The notes below the pieces were generated by a model. The model worked only from the letters and a program-made list of their open reading frames with translations. It searched no databases and was not told where the DNA came from. Position numbers and translations under genes: made by a program. A DNA stretch of 64,000 nucleotides from an uncultured Solirubrobacteraceae bacterium (GTDB lineage Bacteria > Actinomycetota > Thermoleophilia > Solirubrobacterales > Solirubrobacteraceae): contig CAVUUL010000006.1 in assembly GCA_963744685.1 (NCBI GenBank), forward strand, positions 301,749-365,748, written 5' to 3'. This document shows, piece after piece, positions 51,998-60,561 of the stretch; positions within the stretch are counted from its first letter, which is position 1; each line of letters begins with the position of its first letter.

Positions 51998-52477
51998 ATG
52001 AGGCCGTGGCCCCGCCCAGCAAGACGACGCGCGGCCGCGACGCTCCTCGCTGCCGGCATCTCGATCTCGGTGAGCGCGTGCGGCGGCTCGTCATCGTCCG
52101 GGGGCAGCGGCTCGTCGACTCCGGCGACCTCGGCCTTGACCTCGACCTCGAGCGCCGCCGGGGCGACCTCCACCGCGGCCGATCCCACGACTCAGAGCAC
52201 GACCGCCTCGCAGAGCGCGGGCTCGGGTGCGCAGGGGTCCTCGAACGCCGCGGGGCTGAAGGTGTTCACGAGCGCCGGCTGCGGCTCGTGCCACACGCTC
52301 GCCGCCGCCCATGCGAATGGCAACGTCGGGCCGAACCTCGACGACCTCACGCCCTCCGCGGCGCGGGTTGCCACCCAGGTCACCAACGGCGGCCCGGCGA
52401 TGCCGAGCTTCTCCAGCCGGCTTTCGAAGGCGCAGATAGCGGCGGTCGCCAAGTTCGTCGCCTCAGCCTCCGGATGA
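51998..52477 (+). CDS. Class I c-type cytochrome lipoprotein
   Basis: Lipobox SVSAC, a long Ser/Thr/Ala linker, heme motif CGSCH and a distal PAMPSF Met ligand. Confidence 0.8.
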   Translation: MRPWPRPARRRAAATLLAAGISISVSACGGSSSSGGSGSSTPATSALTSTSSAAGATSTAADPTTQSTTASQSAGSGAQGSSNAAGLKVFTSAGCGSCHTLAAAHANGNVGPNLDDLTPSAARVATQVTNGGPAMPSFSSRLSKAQIAAVAKFVASASG

Positions 52478-53403
52478 CGGCCGAGATCGACGATCCGCGC
52501 CTGGCGCCGCTGATCGATCCCGACGCAGAGTTGCGGCGGCTGTGGACCGGCGGAGACTGGACGGAGGGGCCCGTCTATGTCCCGGCGGAGGACTGTGTCT
52601 ACTGGAGCGACATCCCGAACGACCGGGTGCTGCGCTTCAGCGAAGCCGACGGCGCGTCGGTGGCGGTGCACCCGGCCGGATATGCCAACGGGCACACGCT
52701 CGATCACGAGGGCCGGATCGTCCGCTGCGAGCACGGCGGGCGCCGGGTGAGCCGCCTCGAGCACGACGGATCGCTGCACACGATCGCCGATCGCTACGCG
52801 GGCGGCCGGCTCAACTCGCCCAACGACGTCGTCGTCAAGTCCGATGGCGCGATCTGGTTCACCGATCCGCCGTACGGGATCGTGTCCGACCGCGAGGGGC
52901 ACAAGGCCGACTCCGAGCAGGAGGGCTGCTTCGTGTTCCGCTGCGACCCCGCGGCCGGCTCGCTGCAGCTGGTCAGCGACGGGCTCGAGGACCCCAACGG
53001 GCTCGCCTTCTCACCCGACGAGTCGATCCTGTACGTCTCGGACACCTCGGCGGCGCGCCACGAGGGCGGGCACCACCACCTGTTCGCCTTCGATGTGGTC
53101 GACGACGGCACCCGGCTGGTCAACCAGCGAGTGTTCGCCGTCTGCGATCCCGGCGTGTTCGACGGCTTTCGCGTCGATGTCGACGGCAACGTGTGGACGT
53201 CCGCCGGGGAGAGCGTCGTCATCTACGCGCCCGACGGGACCCGCCTCGGCCGGATTCCGATGCCCGAGGAGGTCTCCAACTGCACCTTCGGTGGACCGGC
53301 GGGCACCACGCTGTTCATCACGGCGACGAGTTCGCTCTACGCGTTGACCGTTGCCACCACGGGCGCGAACTTCTTCCCGCCTGGCGCGGGCTCGCCCAGG
53401 TAG
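52474..53403 (+). CDS. SMP-30/gluconolactonase/LRE-family beta-propeller protein
   Basis: ...EGPVY...NGHTLD...LNSPNDVVV...FTDPPYG...PNGLAFSPD...DGFRVD.... ATGA overlap with the cytochrome gene. No signal peptide seen. Confidence 0.85.
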   Translation: MTAEIDDPRLAPLIDPDAELRRLWTGGDWTEGPVYVPAEDCVYWSDIPNDRVLRFSEADGASVAVHPAGYANGHTLDHEGRIVRCEHGGRRVSRLEHDGSLHTIADRYAGGRLNSPNDVVVKSDGAIWFTDPPYGIVSDREGHKADSEQEGCFVFRCDPAAGSLQLVSDGLEDPNGLAFSPDESILYVSDTSAARHEGGHHHLFAFDVVDDGTRLVNQRVFAVCDPGVFDGFRVDVDGNVWTSAGESVVIYAPDGTRLGRIPMPEEVSNCTFGGPAGTTLFITATSSLYALTVATTGANFFPPGAGSPR

Positions 53404-55898
53404 TACCCCTGGCCGTAGCCGCAGCCGAGCGCGCGTAGCAGCTGCATCTGGCGGTGGCTCTCGATCTCCTCGGCGACAACGCGCACCCCGAGGCTCGCCG
53501 CCAGCGCGAGGATCATCCGTACGAACGGCCGGCTGGTCCCCTCGGGCTCGATGTCGTCGGTGAACGGGCGGCCGAGCTTGAGCCAGTCCAGCGGCAGGCC
53601 CCGCAGCTGGCTCAGCGAGGAGTAGCCGGTGCCGAAGTCGTCGAGGGCGAGCTGGACGCCGAGGCCTCGCAGCTGTTGCAGGACCGCCACGCAGCGCGCC
53701 GGGTCGGTGAGCAGGACGCTCTCGGTGATCTCGAGCACCAGCCGGTGCGGATCGAGCCCGCTCTGCTCAAGCGCCGAGTGCACTCCGGGCAGAAAGCCCT
53801 CGTCGCGCAGCTCGATCGGGGAGATGTTCACGTGCACCGCGGGGAGGAGGCCTTCCTCGGGCTCCCAGGTCTGGGCCTCGCGGCACGCGCGATGCAGGAT
53901 CCGGCGGCCGAGGGGAACGATCACCCCGAGCTCCTCGGCGACGGGAATGAAGGACGTCGGGCCGATCATGCCGCGCGGACCGTCGATCCAGCGCACCAGC
54001 GCCTCCTGCGCGGTGAGGGCGCCGGTGTTCATGTCGACGATCGGCTGGTAGTAGACGGAGAACGCGTCACGCTGGGTCGCCTCACGGACGCGGCGGCGCA
54101 GCCCGTGCTGGTGGAGCACCGACACCTCCATGCCGGACTCGAACAGCTGGTAGCCGGTGCGCTTGGCCTGCTTGACGCGGTACATCGCCAGGTCCGCGTT
54201 GCGGATCAGCTCCTCAGAGGTCATGCCGTCGGTCTCGCCGAGCGCGATCCCGATGGAGACCCGCACGAGGTGCAGCTCGCCGGCGATCGAGAAGCGCTCC
54301 TCCATCCGCCGGTCGATTCGCTCGGCGATCTCGACCGCCTGCGCCTGGGTCGCGCCGTCCTCCAGCAGGACCGCGAACTCGTCGCCGCCGAGCCGCGCGA
54401 GGGTGTCGGTCGGGCGCACGCAGTCGCTCAGGCGTCCGGCGATCGCGATCAGGAGCTCGTCGCCCGCCGCGTGGCCGAGCGTGTCGTTGACCATCTTGAA
54501 CTCGTTGACGTCGATGAAGATGACCGCGGTGCCGTCGCCGGTGCGCCCCAGCGCGCCGTCCAGGCGCTCGGAGAACAGCGAGCGGTTGGCCAGGCCGGTG
54601 AGCGGGTCGTGCGAGGCCTGGTGCTCGAGCTCGGACTGGAGCATCCGCAGCTGCCACACGGTATGGCCCAGGCGATCGTTCTCCAGGGCGACGCTCGTGT
54701 TGGCCGCGAGCGTCTCGAACAGCTTGACGTCCTCGGAGCCGTAGTGCTCCACCGCGCCTGACGGGTCGCCGAGCGCGATCGCGCCGATGCAGTTGTGCTC
54801 GCCCTGGAGCGTCGCGAACAGCCCATCGCCGAGGCCCCGGGCGCGCAGGTACTCCCTGAGGAACGGGTCGGTGATCTCACGTGCGGCGCACGCCGCCGGG
54901 GAGGCGCCCATCGCCTCGGCCAGCGGCGCCGCCGCGTCGGTGCCGAGCGGCTCCAGCAGGATCGCGTTGCCTTCGGCATCGACTGTCGTGCGCAGCGCCT
55001 CGTCGCCGTCGGGCGAGAAGAAGATGATCTCGGCGGTCTCGGCCCGGAACGCGTCAAGCGTGCGGGTGAGCAGGCTCTCGAACGCCTCGCCGGTGCCCGC
55101 CGAGCCTGACAGCGCGCGGGCGGTGTCGTAGAGGAACTCCAGACGGCCGTGCCGGGCGCGCTCGGCGGCGTAGGCACGCATCGTCACGAACATCGCGAGC
55201 ACCGGGACGATCAGGAGCACGGCGGTGCGCCAGTCGTTCTCCACCAGCCGAGCGGCGCACAGGCCGACCGAGGTGTTGGCGAGCGCGACGGTGATGTCGG
55301 TCCGCATCGAGGAGACGATGCGGTCGAGGGTGAGACGACCTTCCGACAGTGACACGGCCACGGTGATCATCAGCACCGCGAATGCGGATGCCGCGGTCGC
55401 CGCGATGGCGGCCGCCAGCCAGCTGCGGGGCTGCTCGGCCGACGCGCCCGCGCTGATCGCGTGGAACGTCGTCTCAGCCAGGCAGGCGCCCAGGGCGAAC
55501 TGGGCCGCGTTGAACATCAGGCGGACCGCCGGCAGGCGCAGGACCACGAGCGCACAGGCGCGCCCGACGGTGTAGGCGATCACAACCGTCCAGCCGCCCG
55601 AGAAGAGCAGCGCGAACACGAGCGGGATCTCGCCCAGCGACATCGAGTGCGAGCTGCGGCGGAAATGGACGTGCACCACGAGGTGCTCGGCCACTGCGAA
55701 GCCGATTGCGAGCGCCCAGATGGGCAGCCGCATCGAACCGTGGGCCGGCTGCAGCGAGCCGACTCCGGCGACCGTGAGCAGGAGCGCCGCGCCGGCCAGC
55801 ATGGCGGCACTGAGCAACCAGATGCTCAGCTCGCCACGCGCGAGCGTGCGGTGTCGCGGCGCGCTCAGCGCGCCGTCCCCAGTCACGGTGTGGCTCAT
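53337..55898 (-). CDS. Membrane-anchored GAF-GGDEF-EAL c-di-GMP turnover protein
   Basis: ~8 TM N-terminal sensor and a GAF-like region. GGDEF motif in LGGDEFAVLL. EAL-domain motifs QPIVD and EITES. Confidence 0.9.
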   Translation of the reverse strand: MSHTVTGDGALSAPRHRTLARGELSIWLLSAAMLAGAALLLTVAGVGSLQPAHGSMRLPIWALAIGFAVAEHLVVHVHFRRSSHSMSLGEIPLVFALLFSGGWTVVIAYTVGRACALVVLRLPAVRLMFNAAQFALGACLAETTFHAISAGASAEQPRSWLAAAIAATAASAFAVLMITVAVSLSEGRLTLDRIVSSMRTDITVALANTSVGLCAARLVENDWRTAVLLIVPVLAMFVTMRAYAAERARHGRLEFLYDTARALSGSAGTGEAFESLLTRTLDAFRAETAEIIFFSPDGDEALRTTVDAEGNAILLEPLGTDAAAPLAEAMGASPAACAAREITDPFLREYLRARGLGDGLFATLQGEHNCIGAIALGDPSGAVEHYGSEDVKLFETLAANTSVALENDRLGHTVWQLRMLQSELEHQASHDPLTGLANRSLFSERLDGALGRTGDGTAVIFIDVNEFKMVNDTLGHAAGDELLIAIAGRLSDCVRPTDTLARLGGDEFAVLLEDGATQAQAVEIAERIDRRMEERFSIAGELHLVRVSIGIALGETDGMTSEELIRNADLAMYRVKQAKRTGYQLFESGMEVSVLHQHGLRRRVREATQRDAFSVYYQPIVDMNTGALTAQEALVRWIDGPRGMIGPTSFIPVAEELGVIVPLGRRILHRACREAQTWEPEEGLLPAVHVNISPIELRDEGFLPGVHSALEQSGLDPHRLVLEITESVLLTDPARCVAVLQQLRGLGVQLALDDFGTGYSSLSQLRGLPLDWLKLGRPFTDDIEPEGTSRPFVRMILALAASLGVRVVAEEIESHRQMQLLRALGCGYGQGYYLGEPAPGGKKFAPVVATVNA

Positions 55899-55901
55899 GT
55901 C

Positions 55902-56285
55902 CTACCGCCAGCTGGCGGCGTTCGGTTGCGCGATGCCACCCAGGTCCCCGGTCCCGGGGAAGGTCGAGACAGAGGGGTCCGAGGTGATGGTGGTATCCGA
56001 TGCGGGGGCGGTTGCGGTGCTGGCGGTTGCCGACGTGTCATCCGTGGTCGAAGTCGTGGTATCCGTCGAGCTCGTCGTCGTCGGCGTGACGACGGAGTTC
56101 GCCGAGCCGGCGCTGGTCCCTGCCGCCGGGGCGGTCGCGGTCGCGGTCACGGGCGTCGCGGCGGTGCTGTGCGAGGTATCGTCGGCGCGCGCGAACCCGG
56201 GCGTGGCGAGAGCGAAAGCGGCGACGAGCGCGATGATGGCGGGGATGAACCAGCCGTTGATCCGATTGCGACTCAGCAAGGTCAT
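55902..56285 (-). CDS. Small secreted Thr/Ser/Ala-rich protein
   Basis: AAGGAA Shine-Dalgarno, ATG at 56285, and a signal peptide ending ...GFARA. The mature part is low-complexity and T/S/A-rich. Its stop lies 3 nt before the GGDEF-EAL start. Confidence 0.55.
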   Translation of the reverse strand: MTLLSRNRINGWFIPAIIALVAAFALATPGFARADDTSHSTAATPVTATATAPAAGTSAGSANSVVTPTTTSSTDTTTSTTDDTSATASTATAPASDTTITSDPSVSTFPGTGDLGGIAQPNAASWR

Positions 56286-56394
56286 GGCATTCCGTTCCTT
56301 GGACGAGGGCAGCATTCACGACCTCCACTCGGGTCGCTCTCCACTACAAGCCGTGTCGGCAGCCCGGGCGAAAGCTTGAGCACCGGTTTGCAGA

Positions 56395-56413
56395 ATCCGT
56401 AGTAACTACGGAT
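56395..56413. promoter_or_regulatory. Perfect 19-bp palindrome ATCCGTAGTaACTACGGAT (operator candidate)
   Basis: Lies ~110 nt upstream of the 56285 start and downstream of the MFS stop at 56544. Confidence 0.35.
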
Positions 56414-56543
56414 ACCGCGTGCGCCGTGAAACGGAGCTTGCGCGCCAGTTGAGGAGCTTTTGCCAGACCAAGGTGCAGGTCAATCCGTCGAGCTTTGCAG
56501 CGGTTGACGGCCGCGGACGTCGCGGGGATGAAACGCCGAACGG

Positions 56544-57803
56544 TCAGCCGGTCAGCGTTGAGGGCGCCGGTGCAATCGGCTCCGCGTCCTGGACGGGCGC
56601 TCCTGAGCGCACGCGCCGCGCGATCGGCAGCCCGCAGAGAGTCACGCCGGACAGCAAGAGGAATGCCGCCACCGGCGTACCGCTCACGAGGCCGACGGCG
56701 ACCGCGACCAGGAGCCCGCCGAGGTTGCCCATCAGCAGCAGGATCCCCGTTGCGACGCCACCCGCGCCGCCCATCCGCCGTTCGGTGAGCTCGAGGATGA
56801 CCGGCAGCGCGGCGAGCAGCAGGAACCCGACCGCCGCTATCGCCACGAAATCGAACGCCGCGACCGCGTGGGCGATCGCCATCAGGGCCATCGCGATCGC
56901 GACGCAGACCACCGCGAGCGTGAGGTACCCCCGTTGGGCGCCGCGCCGCGCCACGATCGGCGGGTTGATCGCACAGCCGGCGACACCCGCCAGCAGCATC
57001 CCGGCGAGCATCAGCCCGGCTGCGGTCGACGAGATGTGGTCGTGATGGAGGATCGGCTGCAGGTAGGTGCTCACCGCGACGAACACACCGACCCCGACGA
57101 ACATGATCCCCGACAGCCAGCGCACCATCGACACGCTCCAGGCGGCGCGCAGCTCCGCCATCCCGGCTCCGGCGGCCGGTCCGGACTCAGCGGGAGGCGT
57201 TCGCAGCCCGACGGCGAGCGTCAGCAGCGCTCCGCAGCTGATGGCGGCCTCGACCGAGAGCAGCAGCGTGATCCCGTGGTGCCCTTCGAGCAGCGGCCCG
57301 AGCACCAGGGCGACGATCGCACCCAGGAACTGTGCCGCCGAGCCGATCGCGATCCCGACCGCACGCGAAGAGGGGGGCAGGTAGCCGGTGGCGACCTTGG
57401 TGATGGCGTTGAGCACGAGCGGCTGGGCGCAGGCGCCGATCAGCTGTCCGGCCATCGCCCAGGTGTACGTGGGCGAGACGACCCGCACGAGCCCCCCGAC
57501 CGCGGCCAGCGTCGCCCCGAGCATCAGCGTCGAACGGAACCATCGGTCCAGCGCGAGGCCCGCCGGCAGCGCGATCAGCACGTAGAGCAGCGGGAAGACG
57601 TTCGCCAACCAGCCGATCGAGTCCTTGGAGACGCCGTAGTCACGGGCCACGTCGGTGTCGATGGGCGCGAACGTGAGCCACAGCAACTGGGTGACGAGCA
57701 CGACCAGCGAGAACGCGATCACCACCGGCCACTGGGCCGCCTGGCTCTCGGGGGCGGAGATGGGCGGGTCGATCACGGACTCGGCCGACACGCCATCAAT
57801 CAT
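56544..57803 (-). CDS. MFS transporter
   Basis: 12-TM layout. The ATG at 57803 overlaps the TetR stop by 8 nt. Confidence 0.8.
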   Translation of the reverse strand: MIDGVSAESVIDPPISAPESQAAQWPVVIAFSLVVLVTQLLWLTFAPIDTDVARDYGVSKDSIGWLANVFPLLYVLIALPAGLALDRWFRSTLMLGATLAAVGGLVRVVSPTYTWAMAGQLIGACAQPLVLNAITKVATGYLPPSSRAVGIAIGSAAQFLGAIVALVLGPLLEGHHGITLLLSVEAAISCGALLTLAVGLRTPPAESGPAAGAGMAELRAAWSVSMVRWLSGIMFVGVGVFVAVSTYLQPILHHDHISSTAAGLMLAGMLLAGVAGCAINPPIVARRGAQRGYLTLAVVCVAIAMALMAIAHAVAAFDFVAIAAVGFLLLAALPVILELTERRMGGAGGVATGILLLMGNLGGLLVAVAVGLVSGTPVAAFLLLSGVTLCGLPIARRVRSGAPVQDAEPIAPAPSTLTG

Positions 57804-58425
57804 CGCTGACCGCCCCCAGCCGTTCGCTGACGTACGCCCGCAGTGCGTGAGCGCCCTCGGCCAGCAGCAGCGGATCTCCGTCGCGGTCGACCCGGAACGC
57901 CTCGCGCAGAACGCCATCACCAAGCAGCGTGATCACCCGCGCGACGACCGGCCGCAGCTCCCCGTCCGCCGCAGGATGGGTGATTTCGAGGATCCGCCGC
58001 ACCGAACCCGCCACGCGTTCACGGCTCGGCCGGGTCGCCTCGCGTAGCTCCGCGGTGCGCAACTCCCCGAACCACAGCGCGAGGAAGCCCGGGCGCGCCC
58101 GGAAGCCCGCCGCGAGCGCCGTGAACGCCTCGCCGATCGGATCACGCAGCTCGCCGGTCTCCGTGCGGTCGGCGATCGCCTCGACGAGGGTGGAGAGGTC
58201 GGCCCAATGGCGCAAAGCGAGCGCGAGCGCGATCGATTCCTTGTCCGGGAACCAGTGGTAGAGCGATCCGATCGAGACGCCGGCGGCCTCGGCGACCGGG
58301 CGGGTGCCGAGCGTGCCCTCCTGGGCGAGTACCGAGTCGGCCGCGTCGAGGATGCGCGCGACCCGTCTGTGCGCGCGGCGCTGGGTCGGCGTGCGCCTCA
58401 TCGAGTCCTCGGCGACGGCAGACAC
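57796..58425 (-). CDS. TetR-family transcriptional regulator
   Basis: N-terminal HTH ...RRVARILDAADSVLAQEGTLGTRPVAEAAGVSIGSLYHWFPDKESI. An alternative start lies at 58401. Confidence 0.9.
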   Translation of the reverse strand: MSAVAEDSMRRTPTQRRAHRRVARILDAADSVLAQEGTLGTRPVAEAAGVSIGSLYHWFPDKESIALALALRHWADLSTLVEAIADRTETGELRDPIGEAFTALAAGFRARPGFLALWFGELRTAELREATRPSRERVAGSVRRILEITHPAADGELRPVVARVITLLGDGVLREAFRVDRDGDPLLLAEGAHALRAYVSERLGAVSDD

Positions 58426-58440
58426 TCGCGTCTCCCGCGT

Positions 58441-59373
58441 CTAGATCGTCGTTCCTGACGCGACGAGCTGCTGCGCGTCGCGCAGCGTGAACGCCCCGTG
58501 GTCTGAGCCGAGCCCGCCCGCGACGAAGGCCGCTGTCGCACACCCGAGCACCGCGGCGTCGCGGCGAGCGGCCCCGAGAGAGAGCCCGCGCAGGAATCCC
58601 GCGGAGAATGCGTCGCCGCAGCCGGTGGTATCGACGACGTCGACGGCGTATGCGGGCACCCGCTCCACGCCGGAGCCGTCCGCGACGATCGCGCCGCGGG
58701 AGCCGTCAGTGACCGCCACGCAGCCGACGCCGCGGTCCAGCAGCGCTCGGCAGCCGTCCTCGAGGTCTGCGCTGCCCGACAGGCCGAGTACCTGCTCGGC
58801 GTTGGGAAGCAGGTAGTCGAGCTCGGGCAGTGCGGCCCCGATCCAGTCGATGATGTGGGCCGCCTGGTCGCCGGGGGCGAGCAGGTCCGCGGAGGTCACG
58901 GTCTGATGGGCGCGCGCGTGGCGCAGGATCTTCGCGGCCTCCTCGCCGCCCATGAACTCGGGCGCCCCCAGGTGCATATAGTCGGCCTGCGCGATCGCGT
59001 CCCAAGGCGCGTCGGCCGAGTTGTAGGTGCCGTTGGCGCCGATCACGTGGAATGCCGGACGCGAGCCGTCGGGCCGGATCGGCAGCACGCTTGCGGAGGT
59101 CTGCACCCCCTCGCGTCGGACGAGCAGGCTGGTGTCGACGCCGACCGCGCCGAGCATCGACAGCAGCACGTCGCCGAGGGCGTCTGAACCGATCGCCCCC
59201 GCCGAGCGGACCTCGGCCCCCAGCTTGGCGAGCGTCACCGCGGTGCCGCCGGCGGTGCCCGCGGGGGTCAGACGGATCTCCTCGACCAGCTGGCCGCCTT
59301 GGCCCTCGGGGATCGACTCGATCGGTCGCGCGAGGGTATCGACGACGTGGACGCCGAGGGTGATCACGCGCAT
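58441..59373 (-). CDS. PfkB-family carbohydrate kinase
   Basis: ...GGTAVTLAKLGA... and C-terminal VVDTTGCGDAFSAGFL. I chose the ATG at 59373, which starts 5 nt after the aldolase stop at 59378. Confidence 0.85.
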   Translation of the reverse strand: MRVITLGVHVVDTLARPIESIPEGQGGQLVEEIRLTPAGTAGGTAVTLAKLGAEVRSAGAIGSDALGDVLLSMLGAVGVDTSLLVRREGVQTSASVLPIRPDGSRPAFHVIGANGTYNSADAPWDAIAQADYMHLGAPEFMGGEEAAKILRHARAHQTVTSADLLAPGDQAAHIIDWIGAALPELDYLLPNAEQVLGLSGSADLEDGCRALLDRGVGCVAVTDGSRGAIVADGSGVERVPAYAVDVVDTTGCGDAFSAGFLRGLSLGAARRDAAVLGCATAAFVAGGLGSDHGAFTLRDAQQLVASGTTI

Positions 59374-59377
59374 CAAG

Positions 59378-60055
59378 TCAGTCCTTTGGGTCGTGGGTGC
59401 GGGTGTTGCCATAGCCGCTGCGCACGACGGTCTCGATCACCGCCGCCAGGTCGGCCTCGGTCAGCGTGCGCGGCGTCCCGATCGACGCGGCTCGCCAATA
59501 GATCGTGCACGCCCACTCGAGCAGGTGGGCGTTCTCGACCGCTGCCGGCAGGTCGTGGCCGAGGGTGATCGCGCCATGGTTGGCCATCAGCGCGGCCAGG
59601 TGGCCTTCCAGCGCGGCCACCGTGGCCTCGGCCAGCTCGACCGAACCGAACGTGAAGTAGGGGACCACCGGCACCGGGCCGCCCAGCGCGAGCATCTGGT
59701 AGTGAACGCACGGCAGTTCGTCGAGCACACAGGACAGGGCGGTGGCCAGCGGAGCGTGGGTGTGGACGACGGCGCCGGCCTGGTGCCTGGCGTACACGCC
59801 GAGGTGCAGCCCTGCCTCGCTTGTCGGCGCCAGTGGGCCGTCGATCACCGCGCCGTCGAGGTCGACCACGGTGATCTGGGCCCCGGTGAGCTCGGCGAGC
59901 CGGGCGCCGGTCGGGGTGACCGCGACGAGCTCGCCCACGCGCTCGGACACGTTGCCCGCGGTGCCATGCACGAGGCCGGCGCCGGCCAGTTCGCGCGAGG
60001 CGGCGGCGACGCGCTCGCGGGCCGCGGTCAGCTCAGGGCCGAGGTTGGCGGTCAC
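59378..60055 (-). CDS. Class II aldolase/adducin-family protein (fuculose-phosphate-aldolase-like)
   Basis: HGTAGNVSER and VVHTHAP metal motif. GTGA overlap with the upstream gene. Confidence 0.85.
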   Translation of the reverse strand: MTANLGPELTAARERVAAASRELAGAGLVHGTAGNVSERVGELVAVTPTGARLAELTGAQITVVDLDGAVIDGPLAPTSEAGLHLGVYARHQAGAVVHTHAPLATALSCVLDELPCVHYQMLALGGPVPVVPYFTFGSVELAEATVAALEGHLAALMANHGAITLGHDLPAAVENAHLLEWACTIYWRAASIGTPRTLTEADLAAVIETVVRSGYGNTRTHDPKD

Positions 60056-60561
60056 GATGCACCCTGTCCGGGCTCGGAGGCGACGATCTCAGCCAGCCGG
60101 GTCATCGAGCGGCGCATCATCCCGCGCAGCTCGCCCTGCTGGAGGGCGTCGATCCGCCGTCCCAGCGGCCCGAGCGCCGGCCGGTAGCGGTTGCGCCAGG
60201 TGAAGCGGGTGGCCGGACCCTCACCGCCGGGTTGGGTCTGCAGTTCGAAGATCGACTCCAGGCCGGAGACCAGCGGCATGCCGGTGCCGGTGTCGCGCCG
60301 GTAAAAGGTCCCGTCACCGACTCGGATCTCCGCGACCCGCCACGTCGTACGCACCGGAAGCGGTCCGAGCCCATGGCCAACCTCCTTGTAGACGCCTCCG
60401 AGCGCCGCCTCGCCGTGGTGGTAGGTCACCTCGAGGCAGGTCTCAACCCACTCGGCGTAGCGGCCGGTGTCCGAGAGCACCGCCCACACCCGCTCGGCGG
60501 GCGCGTCGATGTCGAGCGTCTCGGCGACGTCTGCGGGCGGTGGGGTCGACCCGCGGCTCAC
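60052..60561 (-). CDS. SRPBCC-superfamily protein
   Basis: ...IDAPAERVWAVLSDTGRYAEWV.... The GTG at 60561 overlaps the oxidase stop (GTGA). Confidence 0.65.
   Translation of the reverse strand: MSRGSTPPPADVAETLDIDAPAERVWAVLSDTGRYAEWVETCLEVTYHHGEAALGGVYKEVGHGLGPLPVRTTWRVAEIRVGDGTFYRRDTGTGMPLVSGLESIFELQTQPGGEGPATRFTWRNRYRPALGPLGRRIDALQQGELRGMMRRSMTRLAEIVASEPGQGAS

Noticed and set aside
56286-56543. Possible c-di-GMP (GEMM-type) riboswitch in the leader of the secreted-protein/GGDEF-EAL operon, prompted by GCAAACC and GCTTTCGCC strings.
   Set aside because: The hallmark GGCAAAnC ... ACGCAAAGCC arrangement is not present in either orientation, so the resemblance is superficial. An Infernal scan would settle it.
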